This document shows, one piece after another, positions 52,669 through 62,534 of a stretch of DNA of 64,000 nt. The stretch lies in the NCBI GenBank assembly GCA_963666735.1, contig OY762926.1, forward strand, positions 928,001-992,000, in the 5' to 3' direction. The notes below the pieces were generated by a model. That model saw only the letters and a program-made list of their open reading frames with translations, was not told the DNA's origin and did not search any database. The stretch comes from Gemmatimonadota bacterium (GTDB lineage Bacteria; Gemmatimonadota; Gemmatimonadetes; Palauibacterales; Palauibacteraceae). The position numbers and the translations under genes are program-made. Each line of letters starts with the position of its first letter. The first letter of the stretch is position 1.

Positions 52669-53451
52669 CTAATCCGAAAGGCGGAGGGCGAGCAGCTTGG
52701 GCCAGAGCTTGCCGGTCACGAGGAAGACGCCGGTCTCGGGGACGTAGGCGATGCCGTTGAGCACCGCGTCGATGTCGCCCGGCCGACGGACATCGAGGGG
52801 GACGCTCGAAAGGTCGATCTCGCCGAGGACTTCGCCGGTGGCCTTGTCGATGCGGACGATGACGTCCGTCTGGTAGACGTTGGCGTAGATCCAGTCGTCC
52901 ACACACTCCAGTTCGTTCAGCCGGTGTTGCGGCGACCCGTTGCGCGTGACCTCGACCGTCGCCAGTACCGTGAAGTCCTGCGGGTTCCGGCGTTCGAGCG
53001 CGTTCGAACCGTCGGACATCCACAGCGCCTCGCCGTCGTAGCAGAGTCCCCACCCGTCGCCGTCGTAGGTGAACTCCCGGAGCACCGCGAAGGTCTCGAG
53101 GTCGTAGACGAGAGCCCGGCCCGCCTTCCACGTGAGCTGCACGAGTTCGGAGCCGACGCGCGCCAGACCCTCGCCGAAGAGGGCCGAATCCACCGCCACG
53201 CGTGCCTGGACCTCTCCCGTCGGCACGTCGACCCGGCGCACGCTCGACTCGCCGTAGCGGCCCGTGCTCTCGAAGAGGTGCCCGTCGTGGAAGAGGAGGC
53301 CCTGCGTGTACGCCGCGGGATCGTGCGGGAACGTGCCCAGCATCTCGTAGTCGATGGACGGGACGGTCGAGGACGCGCAGGCCGCCAGCGCGCCGAGCGC
53401 AAGCGTCCACAGGCCGCGGTAACCGGCTCGCGGCGGCTGCTGAGGCGTCAC
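52669..53451 (-). CDS. Glutaminyl-peptide cyclotransferase (lipoprotein)
   Basis: LAAC lipobox, PHDPAAYTQGL, ESTGRYG, FGEG, QLTW, GWGL, LNELE, LNGIA, VTGKLWP. Confidence 0.92.
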   Translation of the reverse strand: MTPQQPPRAGYRGLWTLALGALAACASSTVPSIDYEMLGTFPHDPAAYTQGLLFHDGHLFESTGRYGESSVRRVDVPTGEVQARVAVDSALFGEGLARVGSELVQLTWKAGRALVYDLETFAVLREFTYDGDGWGLCYDGEALWMSDGSNALERRNPQDFTVLATVEVTRNGSPQHRLNELECVDDWIYANVYQTDVIVRIDKATGEVLGEIDLSSVPLDVRRPGDIDAVLNGIAYVPETGVFLVTGKLWPKLLALRLSD

Positions 53452-53458
53452 CGGAGCA

Positions 53459-55405
53459 TCAGATGAGATCGAGGACGGTCTCGACGGCTCGACGGCCCTC
53501 GGCGGACGCGCCGGTCCAGTTCTGGTGTCCGCGCAGTTCGGAATGCCCGATCGCGACGCGGCCGAACGGCTCGCGAATAACATCGGGCGGTGCCGGCTGA
53601 CCATCGTGTCCGAAGAAGAAACCCGGCCCCGGCGCCACGTAGGCGTGCCCCCAGCGGTTGAGAACGAGACCGCCGATGTCCTCCGCCGGATCGAAGCCTC
53701 CCTCCGCGAAGAGTTCGACCATCTGCGCCCGCAGCCGTCGTTCGTACCCTGTGAAGGAGGTGCTCAGCATCTCCGTGCGGCCCGTCATCCCCTGGTCCGC
53801 TGGCGACGTGCCGGGTGACTCGTACGTGATGTAGAACGTCAGCATCGTCGGGTGGTCCGGATCGTGGACCGGCCGGTAGTCTCCCGCGTACATGGGCCGC
53901 CGGATGTTGCACGAGAAGCCGAGATCGCCCTCGTAGAAGCAGCCGGCGATGCCCAGGCGGTCGAGGAAGCGCCAGTTCCGGAGCGCCACGTTCGCGACGA
54001 GGATCGGTCCGTGGCGAAAGCTCTCGTAGGCCACCCGGTGCCCGTCCGGCAGGTCGGCCGCGATGTGGCGGTTCATCCACCCCCCGCTCGCGAGGACGAC
54101 CCCGTCCGCCTCGACGGAGTACGCTCGGCCATCGTGGACGTAGGTGACCCGCACGCGACCGTCCCCGGTCCCCGCATGGCGCACGTCGATGGCGGTGCAC
54201 CCCAGGCGAAGGCGCACGGGCTGGTCCGGCCGGTCGAGGGCCCCGAAATCGATCGGCCCGTTCAGCACGTCCCCCAGCGCGAGTTCGCCGGCGATCCCGT
54301 CCGGCACGATGTCCTTCACGAAATACCGCGCGATCCCCGCGTTCCCGCCGGGGAAGGAGTGGAAGGTCATGCCATCGTAGCGGGAGGGGAGCCCGAAGCC
54401 CGGGAGGTCGAAGTGCATCCCCCACCACGCGGAGACCGCGTCGCAGCCGAGTCCGATGATGCTGGCAAGGAGCGGGTCCACGTACGCCGTCACCTCAGGG
54501 GGCAGGCCGAGTACATCCTCGTAGTAGGCCTTGAGCGTCATGCCGTCGAGCCACGGCCCGGGATTGTCCGGCCCCCCCGGCGCATCCGGGGGCACATGGT
54601 CCGCGACGCGGGCGTTGCGCCAGCGCTCGAAGCCCTCGCGCACCTGCGGCGTCCACGGCGCGCGGGAGGTGTCTCCGAACAGGCCGTTGACCCAGCCGCC
54701 CGCCCCGCCCGACCAGCCCGGGCGCCCACCCCGGCGCGTCCCGCCGAAGTAGTGCCCGATGGAGAACTGGTCCTGCACCCAGTGCATGAAACCGTAGTTC
54801 TCGAACGGCGCCTTCACCTCGCCCGCGTCGGACGCGTACTCGAACTCGCGCGGGATACCCAGCGTCGTGAAGTAGTCGTCCGGCTCCCCCGTGGGCGGAC
54901 GCACGCCGAAGTCGTTGGAGCCCTGCGGCCCGGCCAGCCGCACGCCATCGACCATGATGTCGTTCCGCTTGGCCTCGCCGCCGAACACCGGGTGGTTCTC
55001 GATGACGAGGCAGCGCCCCCCCGGCCGGTGCCGCTTGAAGTGGTGCGCGGCGGAAAGGCCCGCGAGCCCGCCGCCCACGATCACGACGTCGAAGCGCTCC
55101 CCTGTGTCCGTCACCTCCCCGCCCGGCGCCCGCCCGTCACGGACCCAGTGCGCCGAGCGCACCACCTCCGGCGTGTTCCCGTGCGAGGACGCGTAGTCCC
55201 CGACCCCTCCGGGCCCGTACCAGTCCGGCCCGAGCGCGTCGGACCACGGCTCGGAGGCCATGCCCGGGACGGCTCCGCCGCTCCCATCCGCCGAGCCGCC
55301 CGTCCCGCATCCGATGAGCGCGGAACCCGCGATCCCGGCCCCCGCCAACTGGACGAAGTCGCGGCGCGTGATCTCCCGGTCGAGCCCGAGTTCGCGGTCC
55401 TTCAC
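53459..55405 (-). CDS. Tat-exported FAD-dependent oxidoreductase, spermidine dehydrogenase (SpdH)-like
   Basis: LGLDREITRRDF Tat motif, VGGGLAGL, ENHPVFGGEAKRN, FPGGNAG, NRWGHAY. Confidence 0.75.
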   Translation of the reverse strand: MKDRELGLDREITRRDFVQLAGAGIAGSALIGCGTGGSADGSGGAVPGMASEPWSDALGPDWYGPGGVGDYASSHGNTPEVVRSAHWVRDGRAPGGEVTDTGERFDVVIVGGGLAGLSAAHHFKRHRPGGRCLVIENHPVFGGEAKRNDIMVDGVRLAGPQGSNDFGVRPPTGEPDDYFTTLGIPREFEYASDAGEVKAPFENYGFMHWVQDQFSIGHYFGGTRRGGRPGWSGGAGGWVNGLFGDTSRAPWTPQVREGFERWRNARVADHVPPDAPGGPDNPGPWLDGMTLKAYYEDVLGLPPEVTAYVDPLLASIIGLGCDAVSAWWGMHFDLPGFGLPSRYDGMTFHSFPGGNAGIARYFVKDIVPDGIAGELALGDVLNGPIDFGALDRPDQPVRLRLGCTAIDVRHAGTGDGRVRVTYVHDGRAYSVEADGVVLASGGWMNRHIAADLPDGHRVAYESFRHGPILVANVALRNWRFLDRLGIAGCFYEGDLGFSCNIRRPMYAGDYRPVHDPDHPTMLTFYITYESPGTSPADQGMTGRTEMLSTSFTGYERRLRAQMVELFAEGGFDPAEDIGGLVLNRWGHAYVAPGPGFFFGHDGQPAPPDVIREPFGRVAIGHSELRGHQNWTGASAEGRRAVETVLDLI

Positions 55406-57519
55406 TGCGTCGTCGTCCCGCCGGTGCGGTAGCGCTCGAACCAGGCGAGGATGTGCTGCACCTTGCTGATCAAACCGCTCGGACGGGCCCCGATGCTGTG
55501 GTTCGCCTCCGGAATCCGCACGAGCACCGACGGCACCTTCTGAATCCGCAGCGCCTGGTAGAACTGCTCGGACTCGGACATCGGCGTCCGCCAGTCGACC
55601 TCCCCCGTGATCAGCATCGTCGGCGTCGTCACGTTCGCGATGTGATGGACCGGCGATCGCTCCATGTAGTGCTCGAGGTTGTCCCACGGCGCGCCCGGGA
55701 ACCAGTAATTCATGCCGCTCGAGCCGCCCATGTCCGCCGTCAGGACCCAGCTGTACCAGTTGATGACGGGCTTCTGCGACGCGGCCGCCGCGAAGCGATC
55801 CGTGTGGGTCACGATCCAGGCCGTGAGCACGCCGCCCCCGGACCCGCCGGTGACGAACAACTGGTCTTCGTCGATGTATCCGCGCGAAATCACCTCATCG
55901 ACGCCCGACATCAGATCGTCGAAGTCGTGGCTCGGATAGGCGTGGTGGATCTCGTTGCCGAAGTCCTCGCCGTAACTCGTGCTCCCCCTGGGGTTCGTGT
56001 AGAGGACGACATACCCCGCCGAGGCGAACAACTGGACTTCCGCGCTGAAGCGGTCTCCGTAGTTGGCGAACGGCCCGCCGTGGATCTCGAGCACGAGCGG
56101 ATACTTGCGGCTCGGGTCGAAGTCGGGCGGCTTCACGATCCAGCCCTGAATATCGAGCCCGTCGTGTGAGGACTTGTACCAGACTTCCTCGGTTTCCCCG
56201 ATCGCCTTCTGCGCGAAGAGATCCTCGTTCAGATGCGTGAGCCGCCGCCAGTCGCCGTTCCGGTTCGTCACGGCAAGATCCGCGGGATGGTCCGGGGTCC
56301 CGTAGGTAAAGGCGAAGTGGTCGTTCGAGGAGGCAGTGAAGGTGCCGCCTCCGTAGGGACGGCCGATGGACAGACCCTGAACGCTGGAAACGATGTCCGT
56401 CACGGTTCCGTCGAGGTCGACGTGGGCGAGTCGCGTGTTCCCCTCGGTGTCGTACTGGAAGAACAGCCCCTCCCCGTCGCTCGCCCAGTGCAGGTTCCCG
56501 ATCGAGCGGTCGAGGTCGTCGGCGATGAGACGCGAACCGGACCCGTTCCGGCTCATCACGTAGAGCTTCGACACCTGGTGTCCGAGGTAACGGTCATCGT
56601 AGCCGGTGTAGGCGATCATGCCGCCGTCGGGCGACACCGCCGGGCTCGAATCGGGTCCGCGGCGGTCGGTCAGTTGCCGCACCGCCAGTTGCCGCACCGC
56701 GCCGTCGGCCACGGAGAACTCGAAGATCTCGGAGTCCCGCACGTACTCCCAGTCGTCGCGCCGGGTGGCCGAAATGAGCAGGTGCTGCGAATCGGGCGTC
56801 CACTCGGGCGTCCCGCCGTGGTTGTAGGGGCCGTGCGTGACCTGGCGGGGCGTCCCGCCCTCGACCGGCAGGACGAACACCTGGGAGTAGCCGACGGGCA
56901 GGAAGCCCTGGCTGTCCGAGCGGTAGTAGAGCCGCTCATAGGTCGTCGCGGGTGGCGCCCACGTCGCGCCTTCGGGCTTGGCCGGCATCTGCGCGAAGGG
57001 CGGCGGCGTGTCCGGAACGAACATGCTGAAGGCGATCATGCGCCCGTCGGGGGACCAGGAGAGCCCGCCCGGGCCTCGCTCCAGTTGCGTGAGCAGGGCC
57101 GTCTGTCCGGTGTCCATCCAGCGCAGGTAGAGCTGCGACTTGCCGTGCTCGTCGCTCGCGACGTAGAGGAGCCGCGTGCCGTCCGGCGACCAGCGCGGAG
57201 AAGAGTAGTTGCTCTGCCCGGTGAGGAGCGGCCGGTGGTTCGAACCGTCGTAGTCGACGATCCAGAGGTTGCTCCGCTGCCGGTCCGTCATGATGTCCAT
57301 CGAGGAGCGCGCGTAGACGACCCGGGAACCGTCCGGCGAGATCCGGGGATCACCGGCGACTTCGAGTTCGAATACGTCCGCGGGGCCAAAGTGGTCCGGA
57401 TCCCGCTCCTGCGCGGCGAGTGGCCCGGCGGGGGCGAGGAGGGCAAGCGCGAGCGGGGCGGTCGCGACCCTGATGGCGAGGGTGGAGCCGACGACCCTGT
57501 GTTCTCGTGACGGCGTCAT
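55402..57519 (-). CDS. S9 family peptidase (WD40/PD40 propeller + alpha/beta hydrolase)
   Basis: Signal peptide, SPDG repeats, IHGGP, NPRGS, GGSGGG nucleophile, D and H; AGGAGG SD. Confidence 0.92.
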   Translation of the reverse strand: MTPSREHRVVGSTLAIRVATAPLALALLAPAGPLAAQERDPDHFGPADVFELEVAGDPRISPDGSRVVYARSSMDIMTDRQRSNLWIVDYDGSNHRPLLTGQSNYSSPRWSPDGTRLLYVASDEHGKSQLYLRWMDTGQTALLTQLERGPGGLSWSPDGRMIAFSMFVPDTPPPFAQMPAKPEGATWAPPATTYERLYYRSDSQGFLPVGYSQVFVLPVEGGTPRQVTHGPYNHGGTPEWTPDSQHLLISATRRDDWEYVRDSEIFEFSVADGAVRQLAVRQLTDRRGPDSSPAVSPDGGMIAYTGYDDRYLGHQVSKLYVMSRNGSGSRLIADDLDRSIGNLHWASDGEGLFFQYDTEGNTRLAHVDLDGTVTDIVSSVQGLSIGRPYGGGTFTASSNDHFAFTYGTPDHPADLAVTNRNGDWRRLTHLNEDLFAQKAIGETEEVWYKSSHDGLDIQGWIVKPPDFDPSRKYPLVLEIHGGPFANYGDRFSAEVQLFASAGYVVLYTNPRGSTSYGEDFGNEIHHAYPSHDFDDLMSGVDEVISRGYIDEDQLFVTGGSGGGVLTAWIVTHTDRFAAAASQKPVINWYSWVLTADMGGSSGMNYWFPGAPWDNLEHYMERSPVHHIANVTTPTMLITGEVDWRTPMSESEQFYQALRIQKVPSVLVRIPEANHSIGARPSGLISKVQHILAWFERYRTGGTTTQ

Positions 57520-57607
57520 GATTCCTCCTGGGCAGCATTCGATCTCTGCGGGACGTCCCGTAGCAGCCAAGGTAGCGCCTTTGCCGCCGCCGGATAGGTT
57601 GCGCGGC

Positions 57608-58705
<1,098 letters not shown>

Positions 58706-58765
58706 CATCACAAGACAAGCGGGAACGGCTCCGGCACGCGACGGACGCCTTAAGGGGGACGCAGG

Positions 58766-59851
58766 CTATCGCCTGTGCAGAGGGTGTCCGGGCAAGTGTA
58801 CCTGTCTCCGCGTCGCCAGGTCGAGTTCCTTGATGAACAGATCCGTATCGAACAGGTAGTTCGGGTAGGCCGCACGCAAGTTTGCCACGGAGTCCATCGC
58901 GACAAGGACGACCTCGGCACCATCGATCCCGCGGATCTCTTCTTCTCGCTCTTCGTATAGTTTGGCGGCTCCGGCCAGTCGCGACTTTCTGAAACCCGAG
59001 ACTGTCATGGATCGTTCATCGGGCCTTCGCTCGAGAAGAAAATAGTGGCAGTGGGGCGGAAGACGCTCGGGAGCATAGCTGATGAATGTTCGATAATCGT
59101 CAAGCGTGCCGACCACGTTGAGATCGGTCGCGAGCCGTACCAACGAGTCGCGTAGAGTCACCGGGTCCGACGGGGTCTCCGGGACCACGGGAGAGCGCTC
59201 CTTTATGGCCAGCCACGAGCCTGCCAGCGCAAAGAACCGCAACCAGCCCGCGTTCCCTTCACTGGACTTGAGCGCTTGGTCCTTGATGGCGCCGGCCGTC
59301 TCCACCGCGGTCGCCCAGGCGTGCTGGAGCTTTGAACGGAGTTGGATCTCGACCTGGAGTCCGTTGTAGGTCTCGTTTCTGTCGCTTCGATAACGGTATA
59401 CCAGATGAATGCCACGGTAGCCGGACGATTTGGGCCACTGGATATAATCCACCTCCCGGATGAGTTTGTGTTTCATCTTCGAGCGACGGTGTGCACTCCA
59501 CAGTTCGCGAACCGCGGCGGGGCTGCTGACGATCGCACGACAACCAGCGATGTCCTGCATCCGGGACAACTTCATCCCAGGAAAACGTCGCAGCTTGGCG
59601 ATCGTGGCCGGTGCCCGCTTCAGGCGCTGAGAGACGATGGCTTGGGATTCTATGCTCCTAATCCGTCGCCGCAGGCCCATCTGTATCGTGTTGAGCGGAA
59701 AGCTGTGCGCGGCGCGCCAGTTGTTCAGGACCGCGAGTTCGTGTCGGGTGTCCGGCTCGCCGCGCCCGTTACCCACCCATCCCGTGGCGGCCAGTTTCTT
59801 CCCGGCGCGGTCGACTTCGCTTCGCGTGTAGAGCGGTTGAATCCAGTCCAT
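58766..59851 (-). CDS. RelA/SpoT synthetase-domain protein with fused CapRel-like (toxSAS + antitoxin) architecture
   Basis: QRLKR, MQDIAGCR, SGYRGIHL, EIQLRSKLQHAWATAVE; C-terminal LRAAYPNY; visibly lower GC than its flanks. Confidence 0.85.
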   Translation of the reverse strand: MDWIQPLYTRSEVDRAGKKLAATGWVGNGRGEPDTRHELAVLNNWRAAHSFPLNTIQMGLRRRIRSIESQAIVSQRLKRAPATIAKLRRFPGMKLSRMQDIAGCRAIVSSPAAVRELWSAHRRSKMKHKLIREVDYIQWPKSSGYRGIHLVYRYRSDRNETYNGLQVEIQLRSKLQHAWATAVETAGAIKDQALKSSEGNAGWLRFFALAGSWLAIKERSPVVPETPSDPVTLRDSLVRLATDLNVVGTLDDYRTFISYAPERLPPHCHYFLLERRPDERSMTVSGFRKSRLAGAAKLYEEREEEIRGIDGAEVVLVAMDSVANLRAAYPNYLFDTDLFIKELDLATRRQVHLPGHPLHRR

Positions 59852-59947
59852 GATGATGGGAGGCTATCTCCGTATGTTCGCTCTCGCCACCGGGTGACGA
59901 CGTCCCCGTCGCAGGGTTCAGTCCGTCCTCGCCGTATCGCGATGCCG

Positions 59948-60502
59948 CTACCGGTCGTGGCGCAGGATGGGGAGGTAGGCCTTCCAGGGCCCGACCTCGT
60001 CCTCGAACCGGTGCGCGACGACCCGCGCGATCTGGGCGATGTGGTTGAGGTCGTGGACGGCCCAGGTGGTGAGCAGTTGCCGCAGCGTGACCTCGCCCAG
60101 TTCCGGGTGAAGGCCGCCCGCATCGAGATCGGCCTCGCCTTCGACCACTTCCCTGAGCGCCGCGAGTCCGGTCTCGCGCAGGGTCTCGAATTCGGTCAGC
60201 AGTTCATCGAGCGTGCGGCCGCGAGTGCGCTCGACGTGCGCGAAGCGGTCGAAGGGCGGGAAGGCCCGTTCGCGGCCGTGTGCCAGAATCCACCGCGCCC
60301 GCGGAATCCAGTCGTCGATCTCGCCCTGAATGAGATGTCCCAGCACGCTGAAGGGGCTGAACGTCCCCTCCCCCTCATCCGCGTGCAGGAGACCGGGCGG
60401 CAGATCCTCGAGTAGCACGCGCACCGTCCCCGGTGTCCGCGAGAGGAGGGTGAGTATCTCCTCCGCCAACTGCTCATCGCTCACGACAATTTCTTCCGTC
60501 AC
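59948..60502 (-). CDS. DinB-family protein
   Basis: RTPG, VLGHLIQGE..DWIPR, PPFDR, HPELGEVTLRQLLTTWAVHDLNH, VGPWKAYL. Confidence 0.85.
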   Translation of the reverse strand: MTEEIVVSDEQLAEEILTLLSRTPGTVRVLLEDLPPGLLHADEGEGTFSPFSVLGHLIQGEIDDWIPRARWILAHGRERAFPPFDRFAHVERTRGRTLDELLTEFETLRETGLAALREVVEGEADLDAGGLHPELGEVTLRQLLTTWAVHDLNHIAQIARVVAHRFEDEVGPWKAYLPILRHDR

Positions 60503-60528
60503 TGTCTTCCGTCACTGTCTTCCGTCAC
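60492..60528. repeat. 13-bp tandem repeat (TCTTCCGTCACTG, about 2.8 copies) over the DinB start
   Basis: Copies at 60492-60504, 60505-60517 and a partial copy at 60518-60528. Confidence 0.9.
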
Positions 60529-60719
60529 CCGGTTTCTCCGCCAAATGTCGTCCGGACCACACGGGGCTCGGTCTGCGTTGCCGCCGCCCCGGGTGCGCGA
60601 ACCGAAACGGAACGCGACCTCCGCGGCTTTGCAACGGGGCTCCGCCTGCGCATCCTCTCCCGGTCCGTGAACCGGCCCGAAACGAGAACAACCCGCGTCC
60701 GAGCCAGGATCTTGCCGTC

Positions 60720-61622
60720 GTGAGCGAACCGCCAGTCCATACGGAAACGTCGTCCCGGAGCCGCTTCGTCCGGCGGTTGCGGGGAGACAAGCCGACGATG
60801 ACGGTCGAACTCCGGCCGCCTCGCAGCGGACTCACGCGGGGCGGGGCGATGGACATGTGGATCGACCTCTCCCATGCCATCCGGGGTCTCGCGGCGCGCG
60901 ACGCGTTCCTCATGCTCACGGACAGCGCCGTGGGCGAGGAGGAGGAGGAGAACCTCCAGCACCTCACCGCCAACCTCGCGAACGAGGTGGACCCGTGGCG
61001 GGTCGTACCCTTTCTCACCTGCCTCCACCCGCTCGACTACTGCCTGCGCTACGTCGACCGCGCGCGGGCCCGCGGCGTCGAGAGCGTGACCGTGACCGGC
61101 GGAGACAAGGTGCGAGGCGTCGAGCGCTGCCTCCCCCACGGGTATCAGCTTCGACAGAGATTCCGGGAGCGGGCGCCGCGCCTGTCACTCGGGGGCTGGG
61201 TCAACCTGCACCGCCCCATCGCCGAACAGATCGGTTTCGCCACGGACCCGGAGTATGAGGCGGACTACTACCTCACTCAAGTCGTTTCCCACCACGACCT
61301 GGCGCTGGCGGAGGGTTGGCTGACCGGCGCGGAGCGCGCGGGCCTCGAGATTTCCGGCTCATTCGGCGTCTTCTACTACCGGAACGGCCGGCGGACGGTA
61401 TTGGAACGGCTGTCCCGCTTCTTCCCCGTACCGGTTGAAGGGGTGGCTTCGGCCTTCGCAGCCGGAGCCACGCCGGAGCGGCACTGCGCGGAGACGATCG
61501 TCGCGCTTCGGCGCCTGGGGGCTGTGCACGTCTATCTGTGCAACCTCGCCCCGCACCGCGCCGCGACCCAGTTCGACCGCATCATGGCCGAGGTCGCCGC
61601 CATCGAAACCGAGCAGGGCTGA
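60720..61622 (+). CDS. Divergent MetF/MTHFR-like FAD-linked oxidoreductase fold protein
   Basis: TVELRPP, LTD, PFLTC, VTGGD, ADYYLTQ, HVYLCN follow the order of MTHFR barrel motifs. Confidence 0.55.
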   Translation: MSEPPVHTETSSRSRFVRRLRGDKPTMTVELRPPRSGLTRGGAMDMWIDLSHAIRGLAARDAFLMLTDSAVGEEEEENLQHLTANLANEVDPWRVVPFLTCLHPLDYCLRYVDRARARGVESVTVTGGDKVRGVERCLPHGYQLRQRFRERAPRLSLGGWVNLHRPIAEQIGFATDPEYEADYYLTQVVSHHDLALAEGWLTGAERAGLEISGSFGVFYYRNGRRTVLERLSRFFPVPVEGVASAFAAGATPERHCAETIVALRRLGAVHVYLCNLAPHRAATQFDRIMAEVAAIETEQG

Positions 61623-61664
61623 CCTCTCCGCCCGTCACGAGGTCGCCCGGCCAAAGCCAAAGCC

Positions 61665-62063
61665 CTACTCCGAGGCGTCGATTCGGTTCAGCTTGCCGGG
61701 CCACTCCAGGATCTGCGAATCGGCGGTCAACAGCTGGTGTCCTTCGAGAGCCGTCGCCACGATCAGCCGATCGGCCGGGTCGCCGCGCAGGCCGGGAAGC
61801 AGTCCTGCCCGCACGCCGATAAGACCGTTCACCGGGAGTTCGACGAGTCCCTGGGCAAGAAGGTCGCGACGCCAAGCCTCCGGGTCGGCGAGAAGATCGA
61901 ACCGCCCCGCGTGGACGCGCATGGCAACCTCCCAGAAGGAAATGGCCGACACCGCGGCGTGCCGCCGCCGTAGCGCACGCTCAATCGTCCGCCGCGCCCG
62001 TGGCCCCAGACGACGATCTCCACTCCTGAGCCATAGCAGGACATGCGTGTCGAGCAGGATCAA
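61665..62063 (-). CDS. vapC: VapC-family PIN-domain toxin
   Basis: ILLDTHVLLW, SAISFWEV, DPADRLIVATA, LLTAD; TTG start overlaps the antitoxin stop. Confidence 0.92.
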   Translation of the reverse strand: MILLDTHVLLWLRSGDRRLGPRARRTIERALRRRHAAVSAISFWEVAMRVHAGRFDLLADPEAWRRDLLAQGLVELPVNGLIGVRAGLLPGLRGDPADRLIVATALEGHQLLTADSQILEWPGKLNRIDASE

Positions 62064-62341
62064 AAAAGGTCGTCTCCGTCGTCCCCGGCATCCCACCACT
62101 CCCTGGGCATCGGCCCCACGATATCGCCCCGGATCCGGATGATGTCGCGATCTCGTCCGAACCAGGACTCGGGCGCCTCGTCGCATGGGACGAGCTTCGA
62201 CACGGGGCGGCCGTTCTTCGTGATGACGATCTCCTCGCCGGTCTCGGCGACCTCATCCATGAGTCTGAGACATTTCGCCTTGAACTCCGATGCCTTGATG
62301 GTCCGCGGCCCACCCGCGGGCCGCTTGTGGTCTGCTTCCAT
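62060..62341 (-). CDS. Phd/YefM-family antitoxin
   Basis: IKASEFKAKCLRLMDEV, IVITKNGRPVSKLVP, acidic tail. Confidence 0.92.
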   Translation of the reverse strand: MEADHKRPAGGPRTIKASEFKAKCLRLMDEVAETGEEIVITKNGRPVSKLVPCDEAPESWFGRDRDIIRIRGDIVGPMPREWWDAGDDGDDLF

Positions 62342-62387
62342 CCGTCCGCTCCGAGCATGTCCGACGTCTTCAACGGACTCTCAATAG

Positions 62388-62410
62388 AACCATGGTTATG
62401 ACCATGGTCA
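62388..62410. promoter_or_regulatory. Tandem palindromic operator of the TA operon
   Basis: AACCATGGTT (62388-62397) and TGACCATGGTCA (62399-62410), overlapping a minus-strand TTGACC -35-like hexamer. Confidence 0.75.
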
Positions 62411-62534
62411 ACGTGTTCTCCGACCCGGCGCCCGGGAGGGGGCAGCGGTTGGGCCGCGTAAGGTGTTACCCGACCGTCGGGCCTGCCCGGCACGCCTGAT
62501 GCCACGGTTCAACCCCAGCACGAGGAACTTGAAG

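Noticed and set aside
57520..57607. Possible SAM riboswitch before mtnA
   Set aside because: The intergenic region is short, shared with a divergent gene, and shows no recognisable SAM riboswitch consensus.
60492..60528. Short direct repeats here and at 38648 and 50688 as possible CRISPR remnants
   Set aside because: Units are 13-18 bp, directly adjacent with no spacers, and no cas genes are present.
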